This document shows positions 12,921 through 25,673 of a stretch of 64,000 bases of DNA, piece by piece; position 1 is the stretch's first letter, and each line of letters begins with the position of its first letter. The notes below the pieces were generated by a model. That model worked only from the letters and a program-made list of their open reading frames with translations. It had not been told where the DNA came from and ran no database searches. Source of the stretch: Octopus vulgaris. Its lineage: Eukaryota. Where the stretch lies: contig OX597816.1 of assembly GCA_951406725.2 (NCBI GenBank), positions 75,392,001 through 75,456,000 on the forward strand. Reading direction: 5' to 3'. A program made the translations under genes and the position numbers.

Positions 12921-13634
12921 CAACGTTTGGAAGCCTGTATTATGCTACTTTCTTGTTACAAAAATGACTCATTTCTTAATCAAATTGTAACATGTGATGA
13001 GAAATGGATCCAGTACAACAACTGTAAACATTCAGCACATTGGTTGGACAAAGACGAACCACTAAAACACAGTCCAAAAAGCAAAATTCATCAAAAGAAA
13101 CTGATGGTGTGTGCTTGGTGGTCTGGCACAGGTGTGATCCATTATGATTTCATTAAACCTGGTTCATCAATTATGGCTGAAGTATACTGCAACCAACTGG
13201 ACCAAATGATGCAGAAACTTACAAAAAACAGCCTAGATTAGTCAACAGATCCACTCCTATTTTATTGCAAGATAATGCCAAACCACACATTACAAAAATG
13301 ACATTGGTGAAACTACAGGAGTTGGAAGTTCTCCATCATCCATTATGCTCACCTGATCTTGTCCCTTCTGACTACCACTTCTTCCAGAATTTGGATAACT
13401 TTTTGATAGGAAAAAAATTTAATTCTGATGATCCTGTAAAACAGGCCTTCTAAGACTTTATTGATTCTAGATTGCCAGGCTTTTACAGTTCTGGGCAGGA
13501 CAAGCTGCTGCTGAAATAGTAAAAGTGTATTGACAATATGGGTGCATACTTTGATGAATAAAACTATTCCTTGTATTTGTAAAACATTAGCAAACTTTTT
13601 TTCTATTCTACAAATTTCATACTTAATGACCTAA
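12921..13634 (+). mobile_element. Mariner transposon 3' half, transposase pseudogene with right TIR
   Basis: IVTCDEKWI, QDNAKPH and CSPDLVPSDYHFF (DD34D) with frameshift/stops; ends tttcatacttaatgacctaa|ta. Confidence 0.9.
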
Positions 13635-13866
13635 TAGATACACACACACAAGTGTGTTTATATAATAAAAAATAATTTAAAACAGATGAATAAGGTTTCA
13701 AGTGTTGCTACAATTATTTCATTTGGAGCTTTTATTTTGATGTGAGCATTATACAATTATTTAAATTGCACAATACATTATATCACTCTGAAGTTCATCA
13801 GGCAACAATGTGAGCAAGTGAACCATGGCTTGTTGAGTAATCCAAAGGAGTATCAACAAGAGTTTG

Positions 13867-13914
<48 letters not shown>

Positions 13915-14037
13915 CACACCCACCCACATATATATATATATAGATAGATGCATGCACACATAAACATGTGTATATATATATAATGTTTATACTAGTTTAG
14001 TCAGAATATATCTCATGGGATACAATTATCATTTCAG

Positions 14038-14232
14038 GTATTAAAACTTGATGCTGACAATGGCTTTGCCATGGCTCATTTAGGATTTATTATCAAGGTT
14101 AGCGATAACAATCCAGCAAAAGCTATTCCATACTTGAAGTCTGGTATTGAAAGTGGAGATAAGAGTGCAGTTGATGCAAGATTCTACTTTCATCTTGGAG
14201 ATGCCTACCAGCGTATTGGAGATACAAAAAAG
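14038..14232 (+). CDS. ASPH: ASPH exon (VLKLDADNGF...RIGDTKK)
   Basis: tttcag|GTA ... AAG|gtaatt; 195 nt, phase 0/0. Confidence 0.95.
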
Positions 14233-17200
14233 GTAATTAAAATTTCTTTAATTATGTTTCTTTATTATTTATGAGACAGCAGCTGTGCCCAGGTGAAATG
14301 GACACTACAATATCTGTAGTTTTATCCTAACTTCAGCATTGTTCTGAGTCTATAGTTAAAACATTCAAGTCTGACCGGTTTAGTCTACCTAACTGAAAGT
14401 TGTTACTTTTTAACTTTGATCAAAGCTTTATTGAGCAGACCCTTAATCAAAGGCCTTTCAGCTATCACGTTGCTGACTTGCAGTTTGTTTGCAACAATAA
14501 AGTTCTTAAATGTATCATCAATGTTTATAAACTTTCATAGTCCCATCTTCAGGATGATGTGACGATAGCAGATATTTCTGCCAGTATATGTATGTATGTT
14601 CTTCCCTTTCTCTTTTGACTAGCCACCTGCTTGGTAGCAAAGTTGTAAATGAAAACATCTTTAATTATCAGCCTTTAAATCTTAAGATCTTACAGATTTT
14701 TATTGTCCCAGATATCTTGATCATTTGTAGCATATGAATTGAGGATTTGCATTCTCTCCCCATGTGTTGGTATATATCATGTTGATACAATAATAATAGG
14801 TATGAAACTGAAAGTGTATCTTATTGTACTGGATTTGCAAACTTCTTATCAATGGCTCATAGATGTCCTCTTTCTCTTGTATTTTTCTAACCATGTTGGT
14901 GACCTGAAGGCAGCTGATTTCTTTGTGGACCTACACAACAATATCTGGCTGGTTGTGTTTTAACTTGATGGCTGTTTTAGTTTTAAAGTTCTACCAATAT
15001 TCTTTTGACCTATTAATCTCGATATGGTCAACTTTGTGCATGCACATGTGTGTATATAGATTTTGTCTGTGTGTATATGAATGTATAATATTTTTTTATC
15101 TACAGGCTAAAGAAGTTTACGATGATGGAGCTGCCAAAAAGCTATTCCTCTCCAGAGACCAGCGCTCTTTATATAATGTTGAAAGACTTACAGCCAAACC
15201 ATGGTGGGATCCTGAAGAATTACCTTATCAAAATGCAATTGAGGTTTGTTAATTTTCAATGTGATTTCATTGCTCATCATATTTTAACTTCCTGAATGAT
15301 ATTCTAAACAGTCACCAATATTTTTCCAACATACTCCATAATCTTGCTTATACATATTCACTTGGCCTGCTAGAAATTGCAGTCAAATCTCCCTTAGATC
15401 ACGTTCTACAGTCTTAAAAAATGTAATTCTAGATACATGATGTTTAAAAGGAAGACAGAGTGATTGAGGTTGGAATGTCTTTGACTATAGGTTTGTCGGA
15501 TCATTGCTAACTTTGGGCTAATCAACATCAACAATACCACTACCATCCTCATCATGTGAGCCATTGAGAAACTACTAGGAAGTCCTCAACTAGCTAGAAA
15601 TAATGTCCAAAATCTCCCTCACATCACACAATAAAGAATGATTAAATAGTGTATTTCTAGATAATTTACATCTGAAAGAAATAGGATGGTCACAATCAGA
15701 ACACTTTTGATTAGAAGTTTGGTGATTAGTAAACTCCGTTAAAGACACTCAAGTGAACGTGAAAATAGGTGATGGATTAAGTCTACTATCTGATAACAGA
15801 TGCAGTCTGCCCAAAAATATTTGGGAGTTTCTGTTTACTCAATTTTACTCATTGGGATTAGATCGAGTTAAGGTTCTGAAAGATGTGTATCCAACATATT
15901 GTGAAATGGGATCAAACCTGATCCTACATGAACACTGGTTAAAAATAAGCATTAGCATTGCTAATTAGGGACAAGTATGTAAGTTCATTTTCAGTATGAG
16001 CAAATATGAATAAGATATTATCAGACAGCAAACAAAGAGTAAAGTAATATTTTAGAAAAAAACAAAGGAAGTTATGTCAACAGTTCAAAATATTATTCCA
16101 TCATTATTTATGACACGTTTCAAGAATTGAATTTCTGGCACAAATTAACAGGTAGGAATTAAAAAGAAAAATTAGACTTCTCACAACCTATTACATACTT
16201 TTCTAATGGTTTTTAAGAAAACAAAGACCAGAAAGACCTTGTTAATTCAATGCCCAAACAGATATACCTCTGGATTTTTTCTGAGCTGAGTTCATACTGA
16301 TATCTGTTTTACAAAACTATTTCTTCATTTTAGATGTGTTTTTAACATAATGTTTTGATTGTTATTCATACTCAGTTAGCTTCAAGTGATTAACTGTGCT
16401 AGGTCAGGGATTGAAGCTAGAAAATTTATTGTACCAACTGATTCGAATATTCAAGATTCATACCATGACCTAGTTCAGAAATAATCACTTGAAGATGTTT
16501 GAAGAAAGAACCAGTTGAAACATCATGTAGATAATATATCCAAAATGAAGAAAATAATACGAAAAAGAAGTCCCAGTCACATGATGTATGTTTTCGTTGT
16601 TATTCATTATTTTTGGTAAGTTCTGACATCATCATAGTATCAAATATAAATAAAGAGTATATTGTATATTTAGATTTAAATAAATTGTGAAAGTTATCTG
16701 TCATATGTCACAAAAATCAATTGGAATGTAACCAGATTATTAAAACATGCAATTTTTAAAAATGAATTATTACTTTTATATGTTTTCAATATATTATTAT
16801 AAAAGTTTTAATATACTTTAATGCAGGAAATTGGTATAAGAATATTAATGTTTTTGTTGTTTAGCCTGAAGTCAACCTTGACTAAACAGACTTATGATCA
16901 AAAACATTCCATTTATGTTTGTTCTTTGAATATCTGGCATTACATTGTTTAATGTGTTTTTCATTTTTAAGACATTACGGTGTGATTTGATGGAGATTTA
17001 GCTGTTATTTCTAGCCAAATGAAATTCCTCAGTTCATGATGATGATGATGATGATGATAGAATATTAATTGTAAGCGGGGCTGTCTATTTTCACATAGAT
17101 ATATACATACTAAACTCTACTTGTGAAGACCTGTTGAGGCAAGTGAAAATCGAAATCGATCAACATCAATGGAAATTGCAGCTGTGATACCAGTGCTGGT

Positions 17201-20200
17201 GGTACGTAAGAGAGCCATCCGAATGTGGCCTCGTGTCGGTGGCACGTAAAAAGCACCATCCGATTGTGGCTGTTGCCAGCCTCGCTTGGCCCCCGTGCCA
17301 GTGGCACGTAAAAAGCACCATCCGATCGTGGCCGTTCGCCAGCCTCGTCTGGCACCTGTGCCAGTGGCACGTAAAAAGCACCCACTACATTCACGGAGTG
17401 GTTGGCGTTAGGAAGGACATCCAGCTGTAGAAACATTGCCAGATCAGACTGGGCCTGGTGCAGCCTTCTGGCTTCCCAGACCCCAGTTGAACTGTCCAAC
17501 CCATGCTAACATGGAAAGCGGACGCTAAACGAAGATGATGATGACATAATAGTACAAAAAACATAAGAGTAATATAATATACTTGTGATATAAATGCAGG
17601 GCTTAAAAATTTGTTTTTAAAACATTTATTTGTGTGTAGCCTAACTTAAACCATTTATACATTTTTTCTTCAACTTTTCTATCTTATTAGACTCTCCAAA
17701 ATAACTGGGAAATGATTCGAGATGAGGTCCTGGACTATTTTGGCAGATCTGGTACAGATTTTATTAATGAAGCAGAGAACCTTCTGGATAGAGGAATGTG
17801 GAGACAGATGACACTCTACCAAAGAGGTAATCTATAGTGATTAATTGGTGGTGGTGTTGGTGGAGGAGGAATTTTTAAGTACCTTATCTTCTGTTCTTAA
17901 TTCTTTATAACATTTTAATAAAATTTATATGTATTTCTACAAGATTTAATTTTGTCCTAGGCAGTGGATTGGTAGAATCATTAGAGCCTTCTATGAAATG
18001 TCTGCTGTATTTAGTTACAACCCTTTGCAACCTCTGTGTTCAAAGTCTTTCAAAGTCAACTTTGCTCTTCATCTTTCCGGTGTCGTTAAAATTAAGCATT
18101 AATTTAACACTGGGGTCAATTCTTATAATGCTTCCTAGATGTGAATGGTGTTGTAATAGAAGAAAATCTTTTCTCTGTGACCCAGAGTTCTGAGATTTGA
18201 CCTTGCTATTTCTTCCCACAACTTCAGAAGTTATAGAGGTTGAGGGTATGTGGTGCATGCAGACTTGATGAGACCCCTTAAGACCCATCCCCCTCAGTAA
18301 AAATTAAGTCCAAAAAGCATATCGTTTATGTCAATACTTCTGCACACAATCTGTTCCTGTCAAGCTTTTTCATAACTCCCTTCTTTCTATCACATTTCTA
18401 ACTACAGCACTATTTACTCAGCTGCTGTAATTGTATGAGAACAGAACTATACACATTTCACTCCTCCTTCCTTTTCATGCTATTAATTCTCCTAGCCTTT
18501 GGAACCACTTCCCTTGCTACCCGTTTTGCATTTTCAGTATCACCCCTTATTCCTTTGTTTCCAACTGAATAACTTTCCATATCTGCCAGAAATAGTCCCC
18601 TTCCACCTTCAGTTGTCATTTACTAAACCACTCCTACATATCTAACCTCCACCTCTGTCACTGTGTATCCCTTTCTCTCCACCTCAACATTATCTCCCTA
18701 GTTCTCTCTCTCTCTCTCTCTATGGTTTTATTATACTGTTGCTTTCCCCCAACCTACTCTTATGTACTACCATTCATCACCTCCTCATCCTGGATCCACC
18801 ATTGTCCACATATCTACTTATGTTCACCATTTTCTGTATTCCCTGCTATCTCATCTCAAACCATCTACCACTCTCCTTTCACACTTTTGCAAACCTACCC
18901 ATTCAGCCATCTTCATTTCTTTGTTCTTATTCTCTCTTATATCCACCCTCTTGTACTTAAATGGTATACCCTGACACCTCATCACTACTGGCGTTTCTCC
19001 CTTTTCAGTTCTGGTAGCCATGTATCTCCTCCACTGCAAAACACTCGTTCCTGTTCTTCAATCATACTTTAGCCTTTCAATACTTTGTATAAAGCCAACA
19101 ACTCAATACTGCTCCCCAACTCCTTCAAGATGACTTTCTTTGTGATTTACTTGATCTGTCTAACATTGGTGCCACTAAAAAGCTCTCAGTTCACTATTGG
19201 CATTAGGAAGGGTATCATCAAGTGAAAATAAGCATGCCAAAGCATACATTAGAGCTCAATGCAGTCCTCTAGCTCTTCTCATCCTGTTGAACCATCTGTC
19301 CAACCCAATGCCTTCAAAAAACAAGGACTTTAAATGATAATGATGATGATGATGGAAGTATATGTAGTTATGTATGATTGTGTATATGTGACTTCCCCCA
19401 TCCCTCTCTCCAATGTATTTCAATTAGAAATGTAAACATCAGGGAGGAGAAAACTGAGAAATTGTTGCTTTCAAACAAAAATAATGTATGGTATTTATTT
19501 TATTCAAATTTCACTGATGCTTTGTCACTCTAGCCATCATGAATGCATAGAAGCAGTGACTGGCTCATTATTAATCAGGTCAATGACACTATTGCTCACA
19601 AAATATGATGTTCATTTTTTAAAAATCAGTAAGTGAGCCTCATGGATGAGTTTAATTTAGTATTGAGACAAGAATGACACACCATACAACAGACTCATCC
19701 AACTGATATCATTATGGAAAAACAATTATAATAGAGGCATCACCATCACCATCATCATTTTTTATCTTTATTATTTTATTATTATTAAGGTGGTGAGCTA
19801 GTAGAATCATTAGCATGTTGGATGAAATGCTGAGTGGCATTTTGTTTGTTCTGAGTTCAAATTCTGCTGCAGTCAACTTTGCCTTTCAATTCTTTTAAGG
19901 TCAGTAAGATAAGTACCAGTCAAGCACTGGTGTTAATCTAACCAACTGGCCCCTTCTTACAAAATTTCAGGCCTTGTGCCTATAGTAGAGATGATTATTT
20001 TTATTATTGACTCAGACTCGTTCTTATACCTGGTAGAATTTATGTGGGTAGCAGGTAATCTTAGCTATCCACAAGCTTTCAATAGTCTTTCAAGTGCTTA
20101 AGACCCTCCTGTCCTTAAAAGGTAAACTTTCCTAGAAGCTCTACAGATGCATTTTATTCCAATTTCATTCAACCATTTGTCTATTTCTTTACTTACAGTT

Positions 20201-23200
20201 CCCAATATACCCATTATTATAAGCACAACTTTTACAGTTTTCCTAGTCCAAATTCTTTTAATTTCAAATTTTAAAGGATTATATTTTTTGTTTGTTTTTC
20301 ATCTTCTTTCTTAACAATCCTGTAATCAAACAGGCATGATAGATCAATTAGTAAGCAGCTTTGTTTTATTATTATATAATTGTTCAACATTTGGTAGTTT
20401 GAGGCAAATTTCTACTGCCTCACTTGCTACATCTCCATGTTGCTGGAGTGTGTGCAGCATTGTGTTCTTTTCTGTTGTTGGGAGTGTGCAAACTCTTCCC
20501 GGTATTGTATTGCATTAGTTTTTTTCTCTTGAGGTGTGGTGCAGTCTTTTGTTGTATTACTGCTTGTATTGTGTGTTGAGTGTGTAATGTGTTGGTTACC
20601 TGGATTGCTGGTGGAAGTTTATTTCAGTGGATAATTGCTGTATAGAGGGTGTCTTTTGTTTGTGGGTTGTTTTGTTTAAGTTGTATTATTCAATTGATAG
20701 TATCTTGTGTAGATTATTATTATTATTACCAATTAGTATTTGACTGGCAAGTTTATGATTATTGTTTTCTATCTACAGGAGAACGAAATAAAAAAGGTTG
20801 TTTAAATGTCCTTAAAACTTGTGCATTACTTAATAATTTACAAGATGCTACCAACTGTAGGAGAGGACAGGTAGGAATATCTTTTTATCAGTATATATGT
20901 GAATGTCTTGTTGTTACATCTTAGGTTCAGGGCATGACTTTAAACTGCATCCATTAGTGGGACTCTGGTTTAGGAATCCCAAGACTTTGAGGAGTGTGGA
21001 ACCATCTCTTAGCCACTATTGTTCCCAAGTCTTCTTTGACCCAGATTAGTAGCACCTGTCAGAGTCCCAGTTATGGGTTAACTAGCATATGTGATGGTAT
21101 TCCATCTGTGTGTAGAGGCACAGAAATACCCTTGGTTGGTGTCAGGATGTGGAGTAAAATCTCTAATGTAAATTTTATCTATTTACAAACAATCTATTTG
21201 CCAGAAATTTATAATTTCCATACTCAAATTAATATTACTTCTTTTAATTGAATGAGAGTCTTTTTAATCATTTTATGCTTCATCAAACTTTATAGTAAAA
21301 TTATTCTGAATCTTCTAAATTATCTCTAATGACTCTGGGCTTTAAAACTACTATTGTGCATGACAACTGAATTTGATTCATTTAACCATCTAATGCTTTA
21401 CTAATTACCATATTTTCTGGAATACAAGTTGAATTTTTCAGAACAACATATACAGCCAAAATATTTAGGTCAACTTATACACAAACAAGACTTTAGAGGA
21501 CCAAAAATTCCATGTGAAATACAGTAAGATTTGGAAAGATTGTGGCAATATTTGAGTGTTTACACTATATATACTATGTTGTCTTGTATGCCAGAAAATA
21601 CAGTATATCATAATTATTACATTAATAAAACAAAATAAAAAGTATTTGTGAAGTATCAAACTTCAAAGATGAACTGAGATGGGGGTCAAGTCTCACAGAA
21701 TGTCTTACTCCAGATTTTTTTAAAACCTTGCTACAATGGAAGAATGCATATTAATATGTTCATAACATAGGTTTATGTGTAACTATTTTTTTCTTCTATG
21801 TGGCAGGTAAAATTCTCCATCATGAAACCAGGTAGTCATGTATGGCCACATTGTGGTCCAACAAATTGCCGTTTAAGAGCCCATCTTGGCTTAGTAATTC
21901 CTGAAGGTGTTAAAATAAGAGTTGGCAATGAAACAAGGTAATGTTTGTTAACTTTGTTTTTTTTTTTTTTAGATATTTCAGTAAATTGTTTGATATTTGT
22001 TTCATGAATCAAGTGATATAAAGTGCATTCTTCTTCCATGGCTTGGCATGTTTTTATATCAACATTGTCAGAAAATTGGAAATGAACAACACCACTTGTG
22101 ACAGTGGTGCTCATTTACAACTACCACAATGTTAAGACAAGGAAATACAAACACACCCATTCACTACTTGACACACTGTTGGTTTATGTCCCCGTAACTT
22201 AGTACTTCAGTAAAAGTTGGCAAGGATGTTTGAACCAACAAAGAAACTTCTAATGGGGCAATTTGACCTGCTAAAAATAGAAACCAAATTTTCTTTAAAT
22301 CACACCCTAATACCTTTAAAAAGAGGGACAAACTGGATAATTTAGTTACACAATACTCGAGAAAATGACAGGAATGTCATAGTTGAAAGGCTTCTAAACA
22401 TAGGTCTGTTCAGTCATAATTGACCTGGAGCTAAACAATAATGTACAATTACTTGGGATTGTTATACATCAGTGCAGGCATGGCTGTGTGGTTAAAAAGT
22501 TCATTTCACAACCACAGTTTCAGGTTCAGTCCTACTGTGTTGCACCTTGGGCATACATCTGCTATAGCTCTGGACTGACCAAAGTAATGTGAGTAGATTT
22601 AGTAGACAGAAACTGGAAGCCTATTGTATATGTGTGTGTGCCTTTGGATTTCCATGTCTGGCCCTGTCATTGCCTCACCGAGGCAATGACTAGTGACCGA
22701 GACCTTTGGAGATATGCTGTGCTTAAGAAGACCCAACAAACCAAGTGAGACCATAACCCATGGCCTATGCCAGTGGTGTATTACCAGCCGACTTGAGTAC
22801 CCTTCATTCATTGGATAATAAACTTTGTTTATGAACACTTGTTGAGGCAAGTGAAATCAAAATCGCTGACGTGGCATGTAAAAAAGCACCATTCGAGCAT
22901 GATTGTAGCCAGTGTTGCTTAACTGGCACATGATAAACAACATTCAAGTGTGGTTGTTGCCAGTGCTGTGTGACTGGCTCCCGTGCAGTTGGCACATAAA
23001 AAACACCTTTTGAGCATGGTTGTGGCCAGTACCACCTGACTGGCCCTCATGCTGGTGGCACGTAAAAGCACCCACTACACTCTTGGAGTGGTTGGCATTA
23101 GGAAGGGCATCCAGCTGTAGAAACTTTGCCAGATCAGATTGGACCCTGGTGCAGCCTTCTGGCTTGCCAGTCCTCAGTCAAACCATCCAACCTATGCCAG

Positions 23201-23620
23201 CATGGAAAGCAGACGTTAAACAACGATGATGATGACGATAATGTTGTACATACATTAAATCTATAGTGTGATAGCAGCTTTTGTCTACAAGCAGCTAACA
23301 TCATTTGAAATAAATTGCATATTTTCACAAGTAGGAAAATAAAGATTTAACTTTGCTTTACTTAAAATTTCAGACACTGTCTACAGTTCTGGATAGGCAA
23401 AGAAATATTTAATAATAAATATAAATTAACTAAATTAAAATATCTTATGTTTTCTTTTTATTCTCTCAGGCATTGGAAAGAAGGGGAATTTTTAATATTT
23501 GATGATTCTTTTGAACATGAAGTCTGGCATCAAGGAAATGAAAACCGAATTGTATTGATTGTTGATTTTTGGCATCCAGAACTGACGGAACATGAAAAAT
23601 CTGCACTATCACCAATTTAG
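14038..23620 (+). CDS. ASPH: Aspartyl/asparaginyl beta-hydroxylase, 3' part (6 coding exons: 14038-14232, 15106-15243, 17691-17826, 20779-20870, 21807-21937, 23470-23620); 5' exons upstream of window
   Basis: Spliced 843 nt translate without stops: TPR end (GFAMAHLGFIIK..IPYLKSGIESGD..DARFYFHLGDAYQR), QRSLYNV..AKPWW, CRRGQVKFSIMKPGSHVWPHCGPTNCRLRAHLGL, FDDSFEHEVW..IVDFWHPEL..LSPI*. These match the ASPH 2-oxoglutarate oxygenase domain with both Fe-binding His. All junctions are GT-AG and in phase. Confidence 0.97.
14514..14558 (-). ncRNA. Hammerhead ribozyme-like motif with canonical CUGAAGA core (probably decayed)
   Basis: - strand: ATCATC CTGAAGA TGGGACTAT GAAA GTTTATAAACA T T GATGAT; 6-bp stem I, palindromic stem III with a bulge, weak stem II. 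Confidence 0.4.
15106..15243 (+). CDS. ASPH: ASPH exon (AKEVYDDG...YQNAIE)
   Basis: ctacag|GCT ... GAG|gtttgt; 138 nt; QRSLYNV and PWW motifs. Confidence 0.95.
16855..17015 (+). repeat. Abundant unclassified interspersed repeat of about 160 bp (also about 15365-15530 -, 22260-22440 -, 24885-25060, 43820-44170 -, 44960-45140 -, 50180-50300, 55500-55680 -, 61140-61305)
   Basis: Recurrent ttgtttag..ggtca..cagac.tatgatcaaa..attcc..ttaagac..gatttg..ggagattt.gctgttatttctagc. Confidence 0.7.
17112..17543 (+). mobile_element. RTE LINE 3' UTR copy
   Basis: Same 3' end (aaaaagcacccactacac..ttaggaagg..ccaacccatgcta..gatgatg). Confidence 0.88.
17691..17826 (+). CDS. ASPH: ASPH exon (TLQNNWEMIRDE...TLYQRG)
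   Basis: tattag|ACT ... AGAG|gtaatc; 136 nt. Confidence 0.95.
18190..19355 (+). mobile_element. Older non-autonomous element (about 1.1 kb) with pyrimidine-rich body and RTE-like 3' tail; relatives at about 1-720 (-), 3290-4380 (-), 27690-27945 (-), 50790-51650 (+)
   Basis: Shared blocks ggtagccatgtatctcctc..caagacac and cagctgctgtaatt, ending ttaggaaggg..ccaaccca..(GAT)n. Confidence 0.6.
20030..20340 (-). mobile_element. R4/Dong-like LINE restriction-like endonuclease remnant
   Basis: ACLFDYRIVKKEDEK..KYNPLKFEIKRIW..VKVVLIIMGILGTV resembles the D-ACP-D..K..KY..L..EI..LW..VPIVIGALG RLE motif. Confidence 0.7.
20779..20870 (+). CDS. ASPH: ASPH exon (ERNKKGC...NCRRGQ)
   Basis: ctacag|GA ... 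CAG|gtagga; 92 nt. Confidence 0.95.
21807..21937 (+). CDS. ASPH: ASPH exon (VKFSIMKPGSHVWPHCGPTNCRLR...NETR)
   Basis: tggcag|GTA ... AG|gtaatg; 131 nt; first Fe-ligand His. Confidence 0.96.
22472..22640 (+). mobile_element. tRNA-derived SINE family; relatives at about 4580-4930, 31740-31925 (-), 33380-33500 (-), 49755-49900, 56286-56720, 59220-59400 (-), 60340-60460 (-)
   Basis: ggcatggctgtgtggtt..ggttcagtcc..caccttgggc..gtagacagaaactg followed by (TG)n. Confidence 0.75.
22666..23240 (+). mobile_element. RTE LINE 3' end copy
   Basis: gaggcaatgactagtgaccgagacctttgg ORF end, repeat units, (GAT)n tail. Confidence 0.88.
23470..23620 (+). CDS. ASPH: ASPH terminal coding exon (HWKEGEFLIFDDSFEHEVW...LSPI*)
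   Basis: tctcag|G CAT ... ATT TAG; 151 nt; second Fe-ligand His. Confidence 0.96.
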
Positions 23621-25266
23621 AATTTTAGCTTTTTTATATTATTATTTTTCTTTTTTCTTTCTTTCTTTTTTTTTTTAGGATTCTAAATAATTGACAATGA
23701 CTTGCCAAAATATTATTGAAATTAATTCTTCATCTTAGTTTTGGACAGAGATATTAAGTTTACTATTCATATTATTCATATTTGTTGTGGTGCATCTGAG
23801 CACTGTATACAATAATTTCATTATATATTTTGCTTTTCCATTCATATCCTTTCTACATTTTAAACCCCATGATATATTTTTTTTTCTGTAAGGAAAAGAA
23901 TTATCTTTCAACTTTTTTTCATGTTTTTCAAGCATGGAAAATAACTTTAAAAAGAAAACTGGTTATACAAATAGTATATTAGATCTAAGCATATCACATG
24001 TAAAGAACAAATCTAAGGTTTATGTACATTATGTATGTGGTGTATATATACATGTATGTATATAATGTGTATTTTCATGCATTGTTATATGCATGTATAT
24101 GTGGCAACCCAGATTTCACATCCAAACCTAAAGTTTTTGTGCAAATGGTTTTGTTTGGCTGACTGTACTCATCAGTGGGCTGTAAATTGTGTGTGTATAT
24201 GAGTATACACACATGCACGCATGCTCAAACAGACATACACACTAAAGGTGCTAACTAAATTTAGAAAACAATTTTTCCTTGTCTATGAAAACCATGACAC
24301 AGGCTTAATGAACGTTTAATTTTTTTTTTCCTCAACACAGTCGTCATTTTTTATCTTTTTTTTAATATAAATTTCAATCAAAATCTCAGATTTTATACTT
24401 TTTGTTACATACTTCTCACTCCTGGATATTGCAAATAACAAATACTATACACACTTAACAAATATAAAATGATACTTTAAATATTAATTGTGATACATAA
24501 GTGTAAGAATGTGAGATGACACCATCTAAAGTGAGAATGTTAGAAGAGACTTGAGAATAGAAGGAAATCATTTACAAGGTATTTTACCTCACATTCCACA
24601 TTTAGTTGAAGTTATAATAGATTAATTATACTAACTAAAATCAGTAACATCTTATAGCATTGGTATACTGGACAGTTACCTAAGGACCCCATAGGTTCCT
24701 GGGCAACTGCCCACTGTTCTTATGCTGTCAAAAAGTATTATAGGACCCAGTACAATGGTCTTCCCAGGGGCCTATAATGCTGTTAAGATGTCCCTTACTA
24801 AAATATAGTTTTACTTAAGCCCTCTTATCAACATCACCAGTTTTGACAAAAAAAAAAATAGATAGCAACAGTTATTATTATTGTTGTTTAACTCTAAGTC
24901 TGTTGTGATAAAACAAACCTATGATCAAATACATTCTAGCCATGACTATCAAATTTTCTTTTCCAGACACACGTAAGATTGCATTATCTAATAACTCCTT
25001 CCACATTTTAAGACAATAGAGTATAATTTGTTGGAGATTTAACTGTTATTTCTAGCAAGTCGAACAACACTATAAATTCCTTTGTTGGTTAAAGGTGGAG
25101 TTTGATTTCTCTTCATTTTTTTTTTATCAGATATACTTCTGGAACATTTTGTTAACACCAGATCAGCTCCTTTTTTATTTCAAATTTCTGGATAAGGACC
25201 TGAAATTGCCTACATTTTGCTATTTCATTTTAAAAACAGTAATAAATTTAAAACTACATAATCATC

Positions 25267-25450
25267 TTTTGTTGTGTCTAGGGAGAATCATCATACCAAA
25301 ATAATTAACACACACACTCGTTCAATTCCACTTGTTTATTAAAATATCTGATGGGGGGGGGGGGGGTCAAATAAAATATTTAATAAATGAGTGGAATTGA
25401 ATCAGTGTGTGTGTTAATTATATTGGTATGACTCTCCCTAGACAACAAAA
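25267..25450. repeat. Fold-back element: about 80-bp imperfect inverted arms around CTGAT-poly(G) spacer
   Basis: ttttgttg..tctagggaga..tcataccaa..aattaacacacacact..ttcaattccact..tttattaaa is mirrored by its reverse complement. Confidence 0.9.
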
Positions 25451-25673
25451 TTTGTTTCAACACACAAATTCATATAAAGAATCTTGCAAACCAGATACAA
25501 AAATGAAGTATATAATCATCTATTTTAGAAATTAAAAAGTCTTAAAATAAGGATTTCTTTTTTGTTTAGATAGGGATCTAACCAAAATTATGATATGGAA
25601 GTGTCATAATCATTTGAACCAGCCTTAGTATATTCTACATTTTAATTCCAGTTGCCAGGAAAGTATCTAATAT

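Noticed and set aside
1-14037. Further upstream ASPH coding exons
   Set aside because: No segment translating to the expected preceding TPR sequence was found by eye; the region appears to be one intron of more than 14 kb, though a small exon could have been missed.
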